A stretch of DNA of 63,892 nucleotides, counting the filler, from Octopus bimaculoides (taxonomy: Eukaryota), in assembly GCF_001194135.2 (NCBI RefSeq). It is 5 parts of 4 records of this genome, joined end to end, with 100 filler letters (N's around TTAATTAATTAA, not from the genome) between each part and the next. Parts side by side here need not be neighbours in the genome. Positions count along the whole stretch, not along the records: positions 42,402 to 54,533 come from NC_068981.1; positions 54,634 to 62,608 come from NC_068981.1; 3 more parts are not named here. One strand, 5' to 3'. Shown here in pieces: positions 49,380-62,708 of the stretch. The stretch's first letter is position 1. The number at the start of each line of letters is the position of its first letter. The notes below the pieces were generated by a model that did no database searches, was not told the DNA's origin, and was given only the letters and a program-made list of their open reading frames with translations. A program made the translations under genes and the position numbers.

Positions 49380-49730
49380 ATTGAAATTCTATTCTCTTCA
49401 ACGCTGCAGTGAGCTCTACATTATATGAACAACAACCAGCGTTACGTAAGTGACCTAAACATTATGTTCAAGATAACAAGGCTGGGGGTACCGCATCGTA
49501 CGCCTTCCGGCGCAATTCAGGCTTACAGAATAACTGCATTGAAAATCAATTACTTTTTCTCAAAAGGTCCTGCTCTATTTAATATCATCCCATAAGAAAT
49601 CAAAGACAAAAAAAAAGATTCCACAACGTTCAAACGATATCGGGACAAATTTCTTTAAAGGATTCCAGGCAAACCACTTACTCTTAGATATATCACACTC
49701 AGTAGAAACTTTCTATTTGTATAGGTTATG
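49380..49730 (+). mobile_element. CR1/L2-group LINE C-terminal fragment
   Basis: KFYSLQR...; KGPALFNIIP*EIKD..DSTTFKRYRDKFL*RIPGKP. Confidence 0.55.
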
Positions 49731-49939
49731 ACATCACTCAGAAGATGGGTTATTAATGAATTATGACTTAACAGATTCTATCCAGTGGTGCTAATAAGTG
49801 TAACATAGCCAGGATATATATATATATATATATACGTTTGTGTGTGTATGTGTGCGTGTGCGAGTGCGTGTGTGTGTATATGCATGCATGCATGCATGTA
49901 TGTATGTATGTATGTATGTATGTATGTATGTATGTATGT

Positions 49940-49977
<38 letters not shown>

Positions 49978-50399
49978 NNNNNNNNNNNNNNNNNNNNNNN
50001 NNNNNNNNNNNNNNNNNNNNNNNNNNNNNNNNNNNNNNNNNNNNNNNNNNNNNNNNNNNNNNNNNNNNNNNNNNNNNNNNNNNNNNNNNNNNNNNNNNNN
50101 NNNNNNNNNNNNNNNNNNNNNNNNNNNNNNNNNNNNNNNNNNNNNNNNNNNNNNNNNNNNNNNNNNNNNNNNNNNNNNNNNNNNNNNNNNNNNNNNNNNN
50201 NNNNNNNNNNNNNNNNNNNNNNNNNNNNNNNNNNNNNNNNNNNNNNNNNNNNNNNNNNNNNNNNNNNNNNNNNNNNNNNNNNNNNNNNNNNNNNNNNNNN
50301 NNNNNNNNNNNNNNNNNNNNNNNNNNNNNNNNNNNNNNNNNNNNNNNNNNNNNNNNNNNNNACAAACATCCAGTCAACATCATGGATGTTTGGCCTACA

Positions 50400-50810
50400 T
50401 CATGTGCCTGGAAGAGGTAATGCTGTTCTGGGTCAAGATTGTCAGGAAATTTCTGCAACCACATTACCCCTAACTTCTGGCCACCTAACTCTCCATACTG
50501 TAATCCCCTTGATTATTATGTGTGGGGCGCAGTTGAGCGAGAGACCAACAGAACTGCTTTTAACATAAAAATGAACTGAAGGCAAGGATAACGGCAGCGT
50601 TCAACAACTCAAACAAGGAGACTGTCCAGAAGAGTTGCAGGAGATTCCGAAGTCGTCTGAAGGCCGTGGTTGAAGCCAATTGCGATTTTATTGAATAAAT
50701 TTATTCTTTAATATTTCAATACATTTTAATGTAATTTTGGTAAATATATCTACTAAAATGAGATGTCAGTGTTATTTTCATTTTTGCGTAATTTAGACGA
50801 CAATATTGAT
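50400..50810 (+). mobile_element. maT/DD37D-type transposase C-terminus
   Basis: NHITPNFWPPNSPYCNPLDYYVWGAVERETN...ELKARITAAF...SCRRFRSRLKAVVEANCDFIE*. Confidence 0.85.
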
Positions 50811-51587
50811 AAGGAAGAGGAGAGCTGATTTTATTCACATCCAAAGATTTCTTTATTTAAAAGTTTTCTATGGTGTTTTTATATGACTTACATATGCTTC
50901 GACTGCAGTGACTGCACATTGTGCATCCTAGTCGTTGCAATTTCCTCACGGGTCCATCACTCACAAAGGTTCCAAAGTTAAATCTGTTCACTTAGAAACT
51001 GTTATGTGTGACGGACTCTTGATGAAATTGCAACGTCTAGAATCCGTATTTGCATACAAAGCAATGTGCCGTCGCTGCAGTCAAAACATATGTAGGTCAG
51101 ATGAATATGCAGTAGAAAACTTTTAAATAAAGACATTTTTGCATGTGAATAAAATCTCCACTCTCTTCGTTACCAATGTTATTAAATACTGTACAGAATA
51201 TTTGCAGTTCTGAATAGGAACATGAATTACTCAACGAGTGAAGTTACCAGTACCTGGTATCTCCTTCTAAGCTTGAGCAAAAGGACTGTTGTGGATAGCC
51301 GGCGTCTAAAACAATCTGATAGATAATACGGTGTACGGTGTACTCCCTTTTGTACCCTCTCTCTCTTTTATTTATACTTTAGCCTGATGGTGCTTTGTTT
51401 TACTGGGAAGCAATACTACCGTATTGCACTATTTAATAATTTTTTCTACACACACACACATACACACACATGTATACATAATTAATAAAAAAAAACGTAG
51501 AAAAAGGACAACAGGAAAAAACAGAAGGTGAAGACGTGGTACTTGTAAAGTATTAATAAGGCGCTCAGGGAAGGAAAGAAAGGGTAT

Positions 51588-51619
51588 TTTACGTTTCGAG
51601 TAAAGCTCTTCTTCAGAAA
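51588..51619 (-). ncRNA. Minimal hammerhead, intact core
   Basis: ttt-CTGAAGA-a-GAG(cttta)CTC-GAAAC-GTA/aaa. Confidence 0.65.
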
Positions 51620-51695
51620 CAGGAGAAGAAGAAAGTCCAAAAGAAAAGGAAGACGGAGGAGTCTTCCTTTTCTTTTTGACTTTATTCTGTCTTCT

Positions 51696-51729
51696 GTTTC
51701 TGGAGAAGAGTTTTGCTCGAAACGTAAAA
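51696..51729 (+). ncRNA. Minimal hammerhead, core variant CUGGAGA
   Basis: ttt-CTGGAGA-a-GAG(ttttg)CTC-GAAAC-GTA/aaa; A6 changed to G. Confidence 0.5.
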
Positions 51730-52542
51730 CACCTTTTCTTTCCTTCCTTGAGCGCCTTATTAAAGCTTTGCATGNNNNNNNNNNNNNNNNNNNNNNNNNN
51801 NNNNNNNNNNNNNNNNNNNNNNNNNNNNNNNNNNNNNNNNNNNNNNNNNNNNNNNNNNNNNNNNNNNNNNNNNNNNNNNNNNNNNNNNNNNNNNNNNNNN
51901 NNNNNNNNNNNNNNNNNNNNNNNNNNNNNNNNNNNNNNNNNNNNNNNNNNNNNNNNNNNNNNNNNNNNNNNNNNNNNNNNNNNNNNNNNNNNNNNNNNNN
52001 NNNNNNNNNNNNNNNNNNNNNNNNNNNNNNNNNNNNNNNNNNNNNNNNNNNNNNNNNNNNNNNNNNNNNNNNNNNNNNNNNNNNNNNNNNNNNNNNNNNN
52101 NNNNNNNNNNNNNNNNNNNNNNNNNNNNNNNNNNNNNNNNNNNNNNNNNNNNNNNNNNNNNNNNNNNNNNNNNNNNNNNNNNNNNNNNNNNNNNNNNNNN
52201 NNNNNNNNNNNNNNNNNNNNNNNNNNNNNNNNNNNNNNNNNNNNNNNNNNNNNNNNNNNNNNNNNNNNNNNNNNNNNNNNNNNNNNNNNNNNNNNNNNNN
52301 NNNNNNNNNNNNNNNNNNNNNNNNNNNNNNNNNNNNNNNNNNNNNNNNNNNNNNNNNNNNNNNNNNNNNNNNNNNNNNNNNNNNNNNNNNNNNNNNNNNN
52401 NNNNNNNNNNNNNNNNNNNNNNNNNNNNNNNNNNNNNNNNNNNNNNNNNNNNNNNNNNNNNNNNNNNNNNNNNNNNNNNNNNNNNNNNNNNNNNNNNNNN
52501 NNNNNNNNNNNNNNNNNNNNNNNNNNNNNNNNNNNNNNNNNN

Positions 52543-52609
<67 letters not shown>

Positions 52610-54633
52610 TAAAAGAAAAAGGATTTGTTTTAAATCTCTGAGCACGAAATAAGTAGTAACGTTACTACAGAGTAAACTCTATTTGCCAACGTAAAGTGGC
52701 AGTCCTGATTAGGACGATGTTACTACTTTTTAGCCCCAGAAAAACATCTTTTCCAGCTGGCTACCGACGCACACCTGCGTACTTATACCTCGAACAAAGG
52801 AGCTAATGTCCCCACTCAGCCTTAAACAGTACCTGCGACCCATGGTTTCTGGTTTATTTCTCTTCATCGGCACAGTATATATTGACTCAAGACAAAAGTA
52901 TAGTTTATTAGAAAAGATTATAAGAAACTCGTGTATTCCACACGTTCGCATTGTGTTAATGACATGATGTTGTTAAGTCCGACAAAACTATTGTTGAACT
53001 GATTGTCTCATATTTTACTGAGACAAAGCGTATTCAATGTATTCTTACGAGTACCATTTAAAAAAACAAAAACAAAAAAAAACGGCAGGCTGTGATTTGA
53101 AACTAATTTGTCTGCTTTCTCAGCCTCTCTCCCCATCTCTGTTTGAATTTATCTCTCTCAGGCAAAGAAGCTTCTATATTGGTAAGTTAATACCGTAATA
53201 AAAAGGAAATTTTGTTAAAACAGGGACTGAAACAGAACTAGTGAAGACACAGTGTTGGGGGAGTCCCTAATAGCTTTACCAATATTCTTCACAGTATATA
53301 AAGTGTTTATATTGACTCCAAGAAGATTACCGAAGATAAATTTCAAGATGTTATGAGGAGACTACACAATAGCATCAACCCAAACAACAGAGATTTTAGT
53401 AAGAGAACCCATTATTAGGTTTTGTAAGTTTTACTTATAAAATAACATTAAAAAACCTCATAAAGAAGCAAGCATAATAACAAAACACAAACAAATAAAC
53501 AAAGAAAAGACGAAACCAAAAACACTTAATATTTTTTCGTCGATAAATAGTATTTTAACAGCAGGAACATTGCAGCACGCTTAAGTAGGATTTATCTATG
53601 TATATTCATACATTCTGCTCCTCTTTCTCTCTCTCTGTCTCTCTCGCTGACTTCCCCTCTCTCTCTATCTTAGCATCTATTTATCTAATTATGTATGTAT
53701 GTATGTATGTATGCATGTACACACATTGCATGGATATATTGTACATATATTTATATAGTATGTATACCATACTTATATACGTATGCGTATTTTTACACAT
53801 AAAAAGCTTAAAGCAACACACACAGACACCTAACTCTACAGACTTGTATAGAAAAAGAAGCTTTCGTTTCAGACGTTTTACAAATATTTCTATGTATTTA
53901 ATTTAGTATTTTATATTCATTTGTGAATCTTATAGGATTTATTGTGACTTTGTGTAAGAGTTTTCGAAAGTTTATTTCATACACTTTTGAAGTTGACTCA
54001 TAACTGCGAACGCTTTTCCTCCTCTTAAACCGAATTATAGAAGATACTGTGCGTTAAAAAATTTCGATTGCTTTTTTTCATGGGTTATGAATTTCACTTA
54101 ACTTTCAATAGAAAAAACAACAACAAAGCAAATACAAACATATCACTTCAGTATCTCTAATATTTACACCGAGACATTTCATTGAGTTCTCGTTTGTGCA
54201 CCTACATTCAACATCATTCTGTGTAATAATATTACATTCACATTATCATTGTCGATATTGGTTTACAATATTTTCGGATGGTATTTAAAAACTGTAACAA
54301 TCATCTTCGCTCTTTTGAATTTAGTCTTGATTTATTATAGTTTATTTTACCTTATATTTATAGCACTTTTGTGAATTCGCTGGCATATATGTACATACAT
54401 ACATACATACATACATACATACATGCATGCATACATACATACATACATACATACATACATACATGCATGCATACATACATACATATATATCTTTTATCTT
54501 TTATCTTTTACTTGTTTCAGTCATTTGACTGCGNNNNNNNNNNNNNNNNNNNNNNNNNNNNNNNNNNNNNNNNNNNNTTAATTAATTAANNNNNNNNNNN
54601 NNNNNNNNNNNNNNNNNNNNNNNNNNNNNNNNN

Positions 54634-54802
54634 CTTACAAATATATATAACATACAGAAAATTGCACTACTGGGTACTGCACACATTCTACGCAAAACAC
54701 TTTCAATACAGTAAACATAAGAGCACCACAGCAAACCACAGCACATACCCAAGGCGCACAGAGCTGCGCTCGGTAGTGAAGTGAAAGCACGTTATAAAAA
54801 TA

Positions 54803-54849
<47 letters not shown>

Positions 54850-54850
54850 G
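54634..54850 (+). mobile_element. R4/Dong-clade LINE 3' end running into (TAA)n
   Basis: LTNIYNIQKIALLGTAHILRKTLSIQ* (stop 54712-54714), ~90 nt 3' UTR, (AAT)n ~54803-54849. Confidence 0.8.
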
Positions 54851-57800
54851 TAAACGAAGAAGAATAATGATAACGTACGCTAATACATGTGTATGTTTGT
54901 CTGTGTATGTACATATATGTGTTACGTATAACGAGCTTGAAAAGACATGACAAGAACTAAGAGTTAGACGCCTCTCATGACATATTACAAACCAACATCG
55001 TGTGACGACTGAAACTTCCAGTGAAGTGGTGAAGATGTTTGTTTAAATATATATACTCTCTTCTTACGATAACAAAATCATATTAATGAATTGTAGTGTC
55101 ACTGTAGCAGTCTGTCACATGTTTTTTTGTTAGTTTAATGATTGGCAGGTAAATACCTGATAGTATTTATTAGAAAGATAACTGACATTTTCAAAATTAA
55201 TAGGAAGTTTGAAATTAACTTGTATTGACACCTGCCGAAGTGAAATTTAAGAAATATTTTCATGATACATGTATAAATGTATATTAATACAGCATTGAAA
55301 ATGTAAATTAACATATCTACATTATTTGACAATAGAAAGACTACGTTCGCTTTTCAATAACGGGCCTTTGAACTACGTTAAATGTAAAATAATTTACAGT
55401 ATGCTTATAACAAATTAAAAAACAAATTAAAGCACGCGAATAATGGTGACAAATTGATTTTCTAAATGGCTGATACTTCCTCAATTCGGAAGAGGATAAA
55501 ACGAAATGTTACTTCTTTTTTATCAAATATTCACTATAATAATGTGTAAGCCCTATGTGTGGTGGATGACAACATCTCTGGCATATATTCTGTATTATTT
55601 GTGCTCCGTGGAGCAAGATTCGCCATCCATTACTGTATATTACTGGAAAGACTAAAAAAATATGTAAACATTTTTCAATGACTTCCAAATTCTTTCAGGG
55701 ACGCCTCCTGCATGAAACTTTATGAGTAAATTGGGCGCTTGGATAATTAGTGTCAGTATGGGAATTATCCTGAATAAACGTGATAAAGCTTGAGGTTTTC
55801 CTAATTCGGTAGACATTACAGATTGTGGGTAAAAGAGTTCATTGAGTTACTTTCCAAGGGTATGAATGTAATATAAACAAAAAGTGGTATGAGTGATAAT
55901 TAGAGGGTTTTCTGGAATTTATCCATAACGACTGGCCATACTAAGCAAGGAGACAAGATAACATTGTTGAGCTCGTACACGAACAGCATGCAGTATAGAA
56001 TCACAATTTTTCTTACAAGGAATTTTAATAGCAAAGAAATTGAGGGAACCGACAAATATGAGGAGCCATCTAGATGGATGAAGTAATTGGAGAAAACAAA
56101 GGCGGCAATTCTTTCCGAGATATTTTGCTACTGCCCCCGCTACTTCCCCTCCCCAAGCTTTCAGTCATACTGTAACATCTCGTCCTTTACTCGCCCTAGG
56201 ATGCTAGGTGAGTCTCGGCAAGTGATTGTAATAAAAATGCAGAATAAAGGTAAATAATAATAATAATGATGATGATGATGGTGATAATGATGATGATGAC
56301 AACGACGACGATGACGACGATGATGATGATGATGATGGTAAAGACGATGTTGATGAGGTGCTGATTTTGAAGATCTCATTTTTGACTGGAAAATGAGAGG
56401 AAATCCAAAGCAATATTAGTATCATTTTGGGAATTTACATAAAGTAGTGAATGCATGGTTGAGGCTGTTGTTTGACAGACAATAACTTCCAACTAGTGTC
56501 AGTCAAGAACTCCAAAATAACTCTAACATCAGAATGATAAGTATATTGATATTTATTATTGAGAACATTATTACAATTTTCATTGTTATAGCTGCATTGA
56601 CATTAATAACGTTATATTGTCCTAAATGTTTTTGTGGCCCTTGTGTCAATAAAGAAATTATTATTATTATCATTAATAATATCATTGTCATTTGCTCGTA
56701 AATCATTAGATTTCATATTGAATGTGGCATAATCTGAAATCTTTCTATGTAGATGTCGCAGAACATATAACTTTATGTTTATCCTTGAATTTAATATAAT
56801 TTTTGTTTTCCTATTATCAGTTCGGTTTATAAATAATTTGATTGTTTTCTACTTCTTTTATTCGGATAATCAGCTAATTAGCTTATCATTATTGCATATT
56901 TCTTTACTTAAATTTTGCTATTATCGTTTTCTATTATCATTTTTATGTAAACAACATAATTACTCGAAAGAAGAATTTTTGAAAATTTATTTTTATTGGC
57001 ATTTTTATAAAATTGTAATGAAAATTCTTTTTTCTTCTTTTTTACATTTTAATCTAATGTCTCACAATTCTGGTGTATAGAATAATTGTGTAGTAGTAAA
57101 CATACGTGGAATGCAATCAGGAAGTTTTTAATTCGTTACAGCTGATTACAGGCCAGCGATTTGTCAAAAACATTAGGGTACCTGGCTAAATCAAAACATT
57201 ATAATTATTTACTTATCGTACCGTTAAGTTTTATATTCCGTCTGTGACGACTTTTCTGCTAGTTAATCCCATCATCATCCCTCAACATTGTTGAAATTTG
57301 TACCTGTTACGTATCCGTACTTCAATACAAGCACCCGTGGAAAGATATTAATTTACAGTTTTGGTCCTCGTACTTCAACTGTCTCTGCATTTTGGCACTG
57401 ACTGAGCTCACCTTAATGGAAGTAAACTCTCATTCTACTTGCCATCCTTAGCATTTCGTTATATTGTGTCGTTTTACTGGTCGTCGGTTCTACGTCAGTT
57501 TCTACAGTAAACATAGTTCATCAGGGACTCAGGCAGGTTAAACCATCCCTTGCACAACGTGATCAACTGGGAAAGAATAAACTGTAGCTAGAGTGTACTG
57601 TTGCATGTGTATAGATAAAAAGAAAACTGAGTTTTCTTCCATTGCCAAATAATAGAGACTTGCCTATTGATTAGAAATTGTAGATTGCCATCAGCCATAA
57701 GTATTTCTTGTGGGCAAACAGCAAATACTTCAGACATTATTAGTTGCCCTTCATTTGCAAAATTTTTTGCTGGACGAATATTGTGGTTGCTAAGATGTTT

Positions 57801-60618
57801 GGGATGGTGCTACTTCAAAATACACTAACATTCTTCATAGAACCCCAGAAAGTGGCCATTGGATAGATTTTGAAAAATTAAGTGAGACATATGATACTAG
57901 CATTAGTTTTACAAACGCACAATATTGCATCTCACTATTCCATTACTACTACTATGACGTGTGATACATTGTACTGTCTTCTACAACTCTTGGTCCACTG
58001 ATTCCCACACATTCCAACTTGTTTTCTTCTTTCGTCTCCTCTGATTCATACTTCTCAGAACCTACAAAAGTCATTCATTTCACTCCATTTATGGTTCTCT
58101 CTGGAATCTTATCCTATTACACATGTCCACTATGTACGAAAACTACATTATTCGAATTTGTTTTTCGACAACCTTTTGGATTTTCATCTCTGCTCCTACT
58201 CCATATATTAAAAATCATTGCAAAATTCATTAAATAATCACTTTTATTTTACTGAAATAAATTATTCCGAGAAACCTGATATTTGTGATGATAACATCGC
58301 TTCATAACACTCATTAACTATGTTTACTACGAGGAGAAGTGAATTGTAATAGCTTGGACAGACTCTGACGAAGAACTTATTTAGTGAACTCTAATGAACT
58401 ACTCGATTTTATCAAAAATTAGCATTTTATAATTGATAAATTAATTAACTTAATGTTCTTTAAATTCCGCACTCGGTGACAACTACAAATTAACTGGGTA
58501 AATTCCAGTAAATTAAATCAACTCTATTTGATAATGTAGTGTGAGAGATGTAACAAGATTTTTATAATCTAGTTATTAGCCTCGTATATTAAATGAATGT
58601 CTTGTTATATCTTGTCTGCTAAGGCTTTCGTCAGTAATGCAAGAATGAAATACCATAAACATTAAAATTACCAAACAACGATGATCATTTGAGTAATAAA
58701 CGTTTACACTTTTAATATCTCCCCTCGCTCGTTTATTTGTCACGCTTTACACTTCTGTGCATGTTAATACGACGTAGTGTGAAGGACTGACATTTCCAAA
58801 CGCGGAAAAGCGTCGGTTACAACATTGTCCTTGCCTGAGATATGTTTGAAACCACACGTAAATTCAGACTTGTAATCCTACTTTATTACTTCCGGTTTCC
58901 ATACGATTTTGATTGCATGGCATAAAACAGAAGGTTATGGATAGAATCAATTGTCAATTCTCTTCCTTCCAACCACAGTCGGAAATATTTTACACTTTCA
59001 GGCATATTAAATTCTAAAAAACAAACAAGGGAAATGTCTCTAGCAAGATTGGATTATTCAAAATTTTTGACAACAGACAATACTAGCTGGTTTCGTACCT
59101 CCTCTATTCAGATACATGTAAGCCACTCAACGTTCTCATTTCATCAGTTTTGTCGCATCCAACACACACCGACATCCGTTCTAGCCACTCTCCCTAACTG
59201 TTTCTGTATCTCTCTCCCATCACTCTCTCCTTCTCCCCCTTTCCCTCTGTAATGATGCCCCTGTTCATAATGTNNNNNNNNNNNNNNNNNNNNNNNNNNN
59301 NNNNNNNNNNNNNNNNNNNNNNNNNNNNNNNNNNNNNNNNNNNNNNNNNNNNNNNNNNNNNNNNNNNNNNNNNNNNNNNNNNNNNNNNNNNNNNNNNNNN
59401 NNNNNNNNNNNNNNNNNNNNNNNNNNNNNNNNNNNNNNNNNNNNNNNNNNNNNNNNNNNNNNNNNNNNNNNNNNNNNNNNNNNNNNNNNNNNNNNNNNNN
59501 NNNNNNNNNNNNNNNNNNNNNNNNNNNNNNNNNNNNNNNNNNNNNNNNNNNNNNNNNNNNNNNNNNNNNNNNNNNNNNNNNNNNNNNNNNNNNNNNNNNN
59601 NNNNNNNNNNNNNNNNNNNNNNNNNNNNNNNNNNNNNNNNNNNNNNNNNNNNNNNNNNNNNNNNNNNNNNNNNNNNNNNNNNNNNNNNNNNNNNNNNNNN
59701 NNNNNNNNNNNNNNNNNNNNNNNNNNNNNNNNNNNNNNNNNNNNNNNNNNNNNNNNNNNNNNNNNNNNNNNNNNNNNNNNNNNNNNNNNNNNNNNNNNNN
59801 NNNNNNNNNNNNNNNNNNNNNNNNNNNNNNNNNNNNNNNNNNNNNNNNNNNNNNNNNNNNNNNNNNNNNNNNNNNNNNNNNNNNNNNNNNNNNNNNNNNN
59901 NNNNNNNNNNNNNNNNNNNNNNNNNNNNNNNNNNNNNNNNNNNNNNNNNNNNNNNNNNNNNNNNNNNNNNNNNNNNNNNNNNNNNNNNNNNNNNNNNNNN
60001 NNNNNNNNNNNNNNNNNNNNNNNNNNNNNNNNNNNNNNNNNNNNNNNNNNNNNNNNNNNNNNNNNNNNNNNNNNNNNNNNNNNNNNNNNNNNNNNNNNNN
60101 NNNNNNNNNAATGATAGATGTGAAATTAAAACATACTGAAACAAAACTGAAATACAAAAGAAAGTTTCTACACTCACACTAAAGAAACAGATATTGTTAA
60201 TATTAATATTTTACGCCGACGGAAGCGTTCAATAATATCAGAGTGTATAACCGCTTCAGTTCAACCACTCTTATTGCAGGTAAAAATTATTTCGCTCCTG
60301 GAAGATTCAAAGGGAAAATAGGACTTGATGTTACTCCAAATCAGAACTGAAAAAAATTATATGAAACATGGAATTTTGTCCGATGTCTAGTCGTTTCTAC
60401 TAATCCAACTACCAAAACATTTCAAAGCGGAAATGATTGCACCTTCTTTGATTTTTTAGTTCAAATCCAGCGCGTTGTTACTGTTCATGTGATGAGAGTA
60501 TTCTATACACACGCATACAAGCACATATATAGATATACATACATATATACACACGCACACACACAAACAAACACACGTTCACACAAGTAAGCACACACAC
60601 AAATACACACACATACAT

Positions 60619-60663
<45 letters not shown>

Positions 60664-62268
60664 TACATATATGCACACAGATAATGTTGAGTCGATACAT
60701 TTAATTATAGCCGTATTCATTTAACAAGGAACCAATTTCTGCATGCACGAGGAACCAATATAGATACCATATGAATTAGTAGTTATCAAACATAAATAGT
60801 ATATTTGGATTTACATGTAATGCACAACAAATCAGAATATCTTACTTTTTACAGTTGTTATTGAATAATTTTCCAACCACCTGTAAGTGATGGGATTATT
60901 ACGGTCGATTGAATTACGAGACCCAAATGCAGTTTTTAACAGACACAGTTATTAATTATCCATTTCCTATCTACTAAAAGTGTGACACAAGTGCATTTTT
61001 AAAATGTATGCGCATCTCTCAAAACCCGATCCATACTAACGATTTTAATCGGAAATTATGCCTTTAAATACATTTAAGTATTAGAGGATCTGTAAAGAAC
61101 TACCGATGATTTGCTTAGGCTAATATCAGTAAAGAAAAAGAAGGAAAGAGAATCTTCGACAAAGAGCTCAACGCAAAACGTTAGACTCTCTCTTCACCTG
61201 CTCCTATCGCACAAACTTATTTAATTTGAAGCGAAGTTTATATGATACATTAGCTTAAGTAAATTGGTTTTAGGCTACTGTGGCAAAAATCAATAGGTCA
61301 TGTACGCAATATATTTAGCTTGCTCACAAATATATAACACTAAAAGTAATTTTGTTTTAATATATTCATCTGGACCGATGAGCTAAGCTCAACACTGAAG
61401 TGCTTCATTTAAAGATCAATAAACAATTAGCCATTCTTCTATTAAGAATTTGAGTGGTTAAATAAATTTGAAATCATTTGTCGTTTGAGTACATCAAAAG
61501 AAATCTCCGTAAAATTATTGCAGAACCGCCATTTTGTATGTGATTGCGCATTACACAGTGTGCCAAAATCTGTTCTGTCCTTTACGTGCAAATAAATGTT
61601 ATCAAGTGCAACAATCTATAATTATTTTATTTGCTATAATATAATTGCGATTGTTATTAATGTTGCCGCTGTTTAGGCTATTATTGTTCTAGATGTTGTT
61701 ACTTTTATAGCTGTTGTTCATATCGTTGTCGCGCTAATTTTCCTTTGTATTTTATCTCGTTATTACAAACTGTGTTAATTAATTGTCATAATATTTCTCT
61801 TTTTGTTTTATTTTTCAGGATTCCATTCCTGTTAAGTTGTGTTCCTTTATTTTGTTACGTCGACGCCGATATCGTCCTCCACATCGGTATCTAGACAGCG
61901 GTGGTGATCGTGATCGCGGCCACTACTCTACATATTATTTTCCTCCGCAAACCCTCACAATGTTCATATTATGCAGTATGACATGAAGACATCCAATTTC
62001 AACACGGTAGCTACATTGTATTGTGTCTCACAACCGATAGAAAGGTGTTTTTCAAATGTTTAATACCTTTTTCTTTATATTTCGGACATACGTCTGTCTC
62101 GCTATTTTTGTGCAATATGATAGTGTGAGTTGAAAGATACATATACGCACACTCACATGTGTAGATGCACACTATTTTGTGTCTTTGTATATTTCATACA
62201 AGTATATAAGTATGTGGGTATATATGTATGTGTGTATGAGTGTGCACACACACACGCATATATATCTC

Positions 62269-62608
62269 ACCCTCAACTGCTTCACGTTCGCCGGAGATAC
62301 CTACCAACAAGAATCTGGGGTCGCGATGGGGACGAGAATGGGGCCCAATTACGCCAACCTCTTTGTTGGTTACATTGAGGCCCAAGTATTCTCCCAATTC
62401 TCCGGTCCGACCCGGAACTATACGGTCGCTACATAGATGTCTGTATAGGAGCCACCTCCCTCTCCCGCGAACAGCTCTGCCTTTTCATCTCCTTCCTCTC
62501 TAACTTCCACCCTGCTCTTGACTTTACTTCTACCATCTCTGACACCTCTGTCAACTTCCTCGACATCTCTCTCTCCATCAACCCCCCCTCCAACTCTCTA
62601 ACTACCTC
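62269..62608 (+). mobile_element. PLE (C-rich family) RT core fragment
   Basis: LNCFTFAGDTYQQESGVAMGTRMGPNYANLFVGYIE; after a frameshift LYGRYIDV (RYIDD mutated)...NFHPALDFT..ISDTSVNFLDISL. Confidence 0.9.
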
Positions 62609-62708
62609 NNNNNNNNNNNNNNNNNNNNNNNNNNNNNNNNNNNNNNNNNNNNTTAATTAATTAANNNNNNNNNNNNNNNNNNNNNNNNNNNNNNNNNNNN
62701 NNNNNNNN

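Larger units (their letters stand above)
51553..51763. mobile_element. Fold-back (inverted) PLE pseudo-LTR with a hammerhead in each arm
   Basis: Arms 51553-51654 and 51661-51763 are imperfect reverse complements around spacer GGAGGA. Confidence 0.8.

Noticed and set aside
57100-58250. Possible protocadherin, GPCR or integrase pseudogene in unique-looking DNA (also 55500-56150)
   Set aside because: Manual minus-strand translation (all three frames over most of the region) and partial plus-strand translation gave no diagnostic motifs
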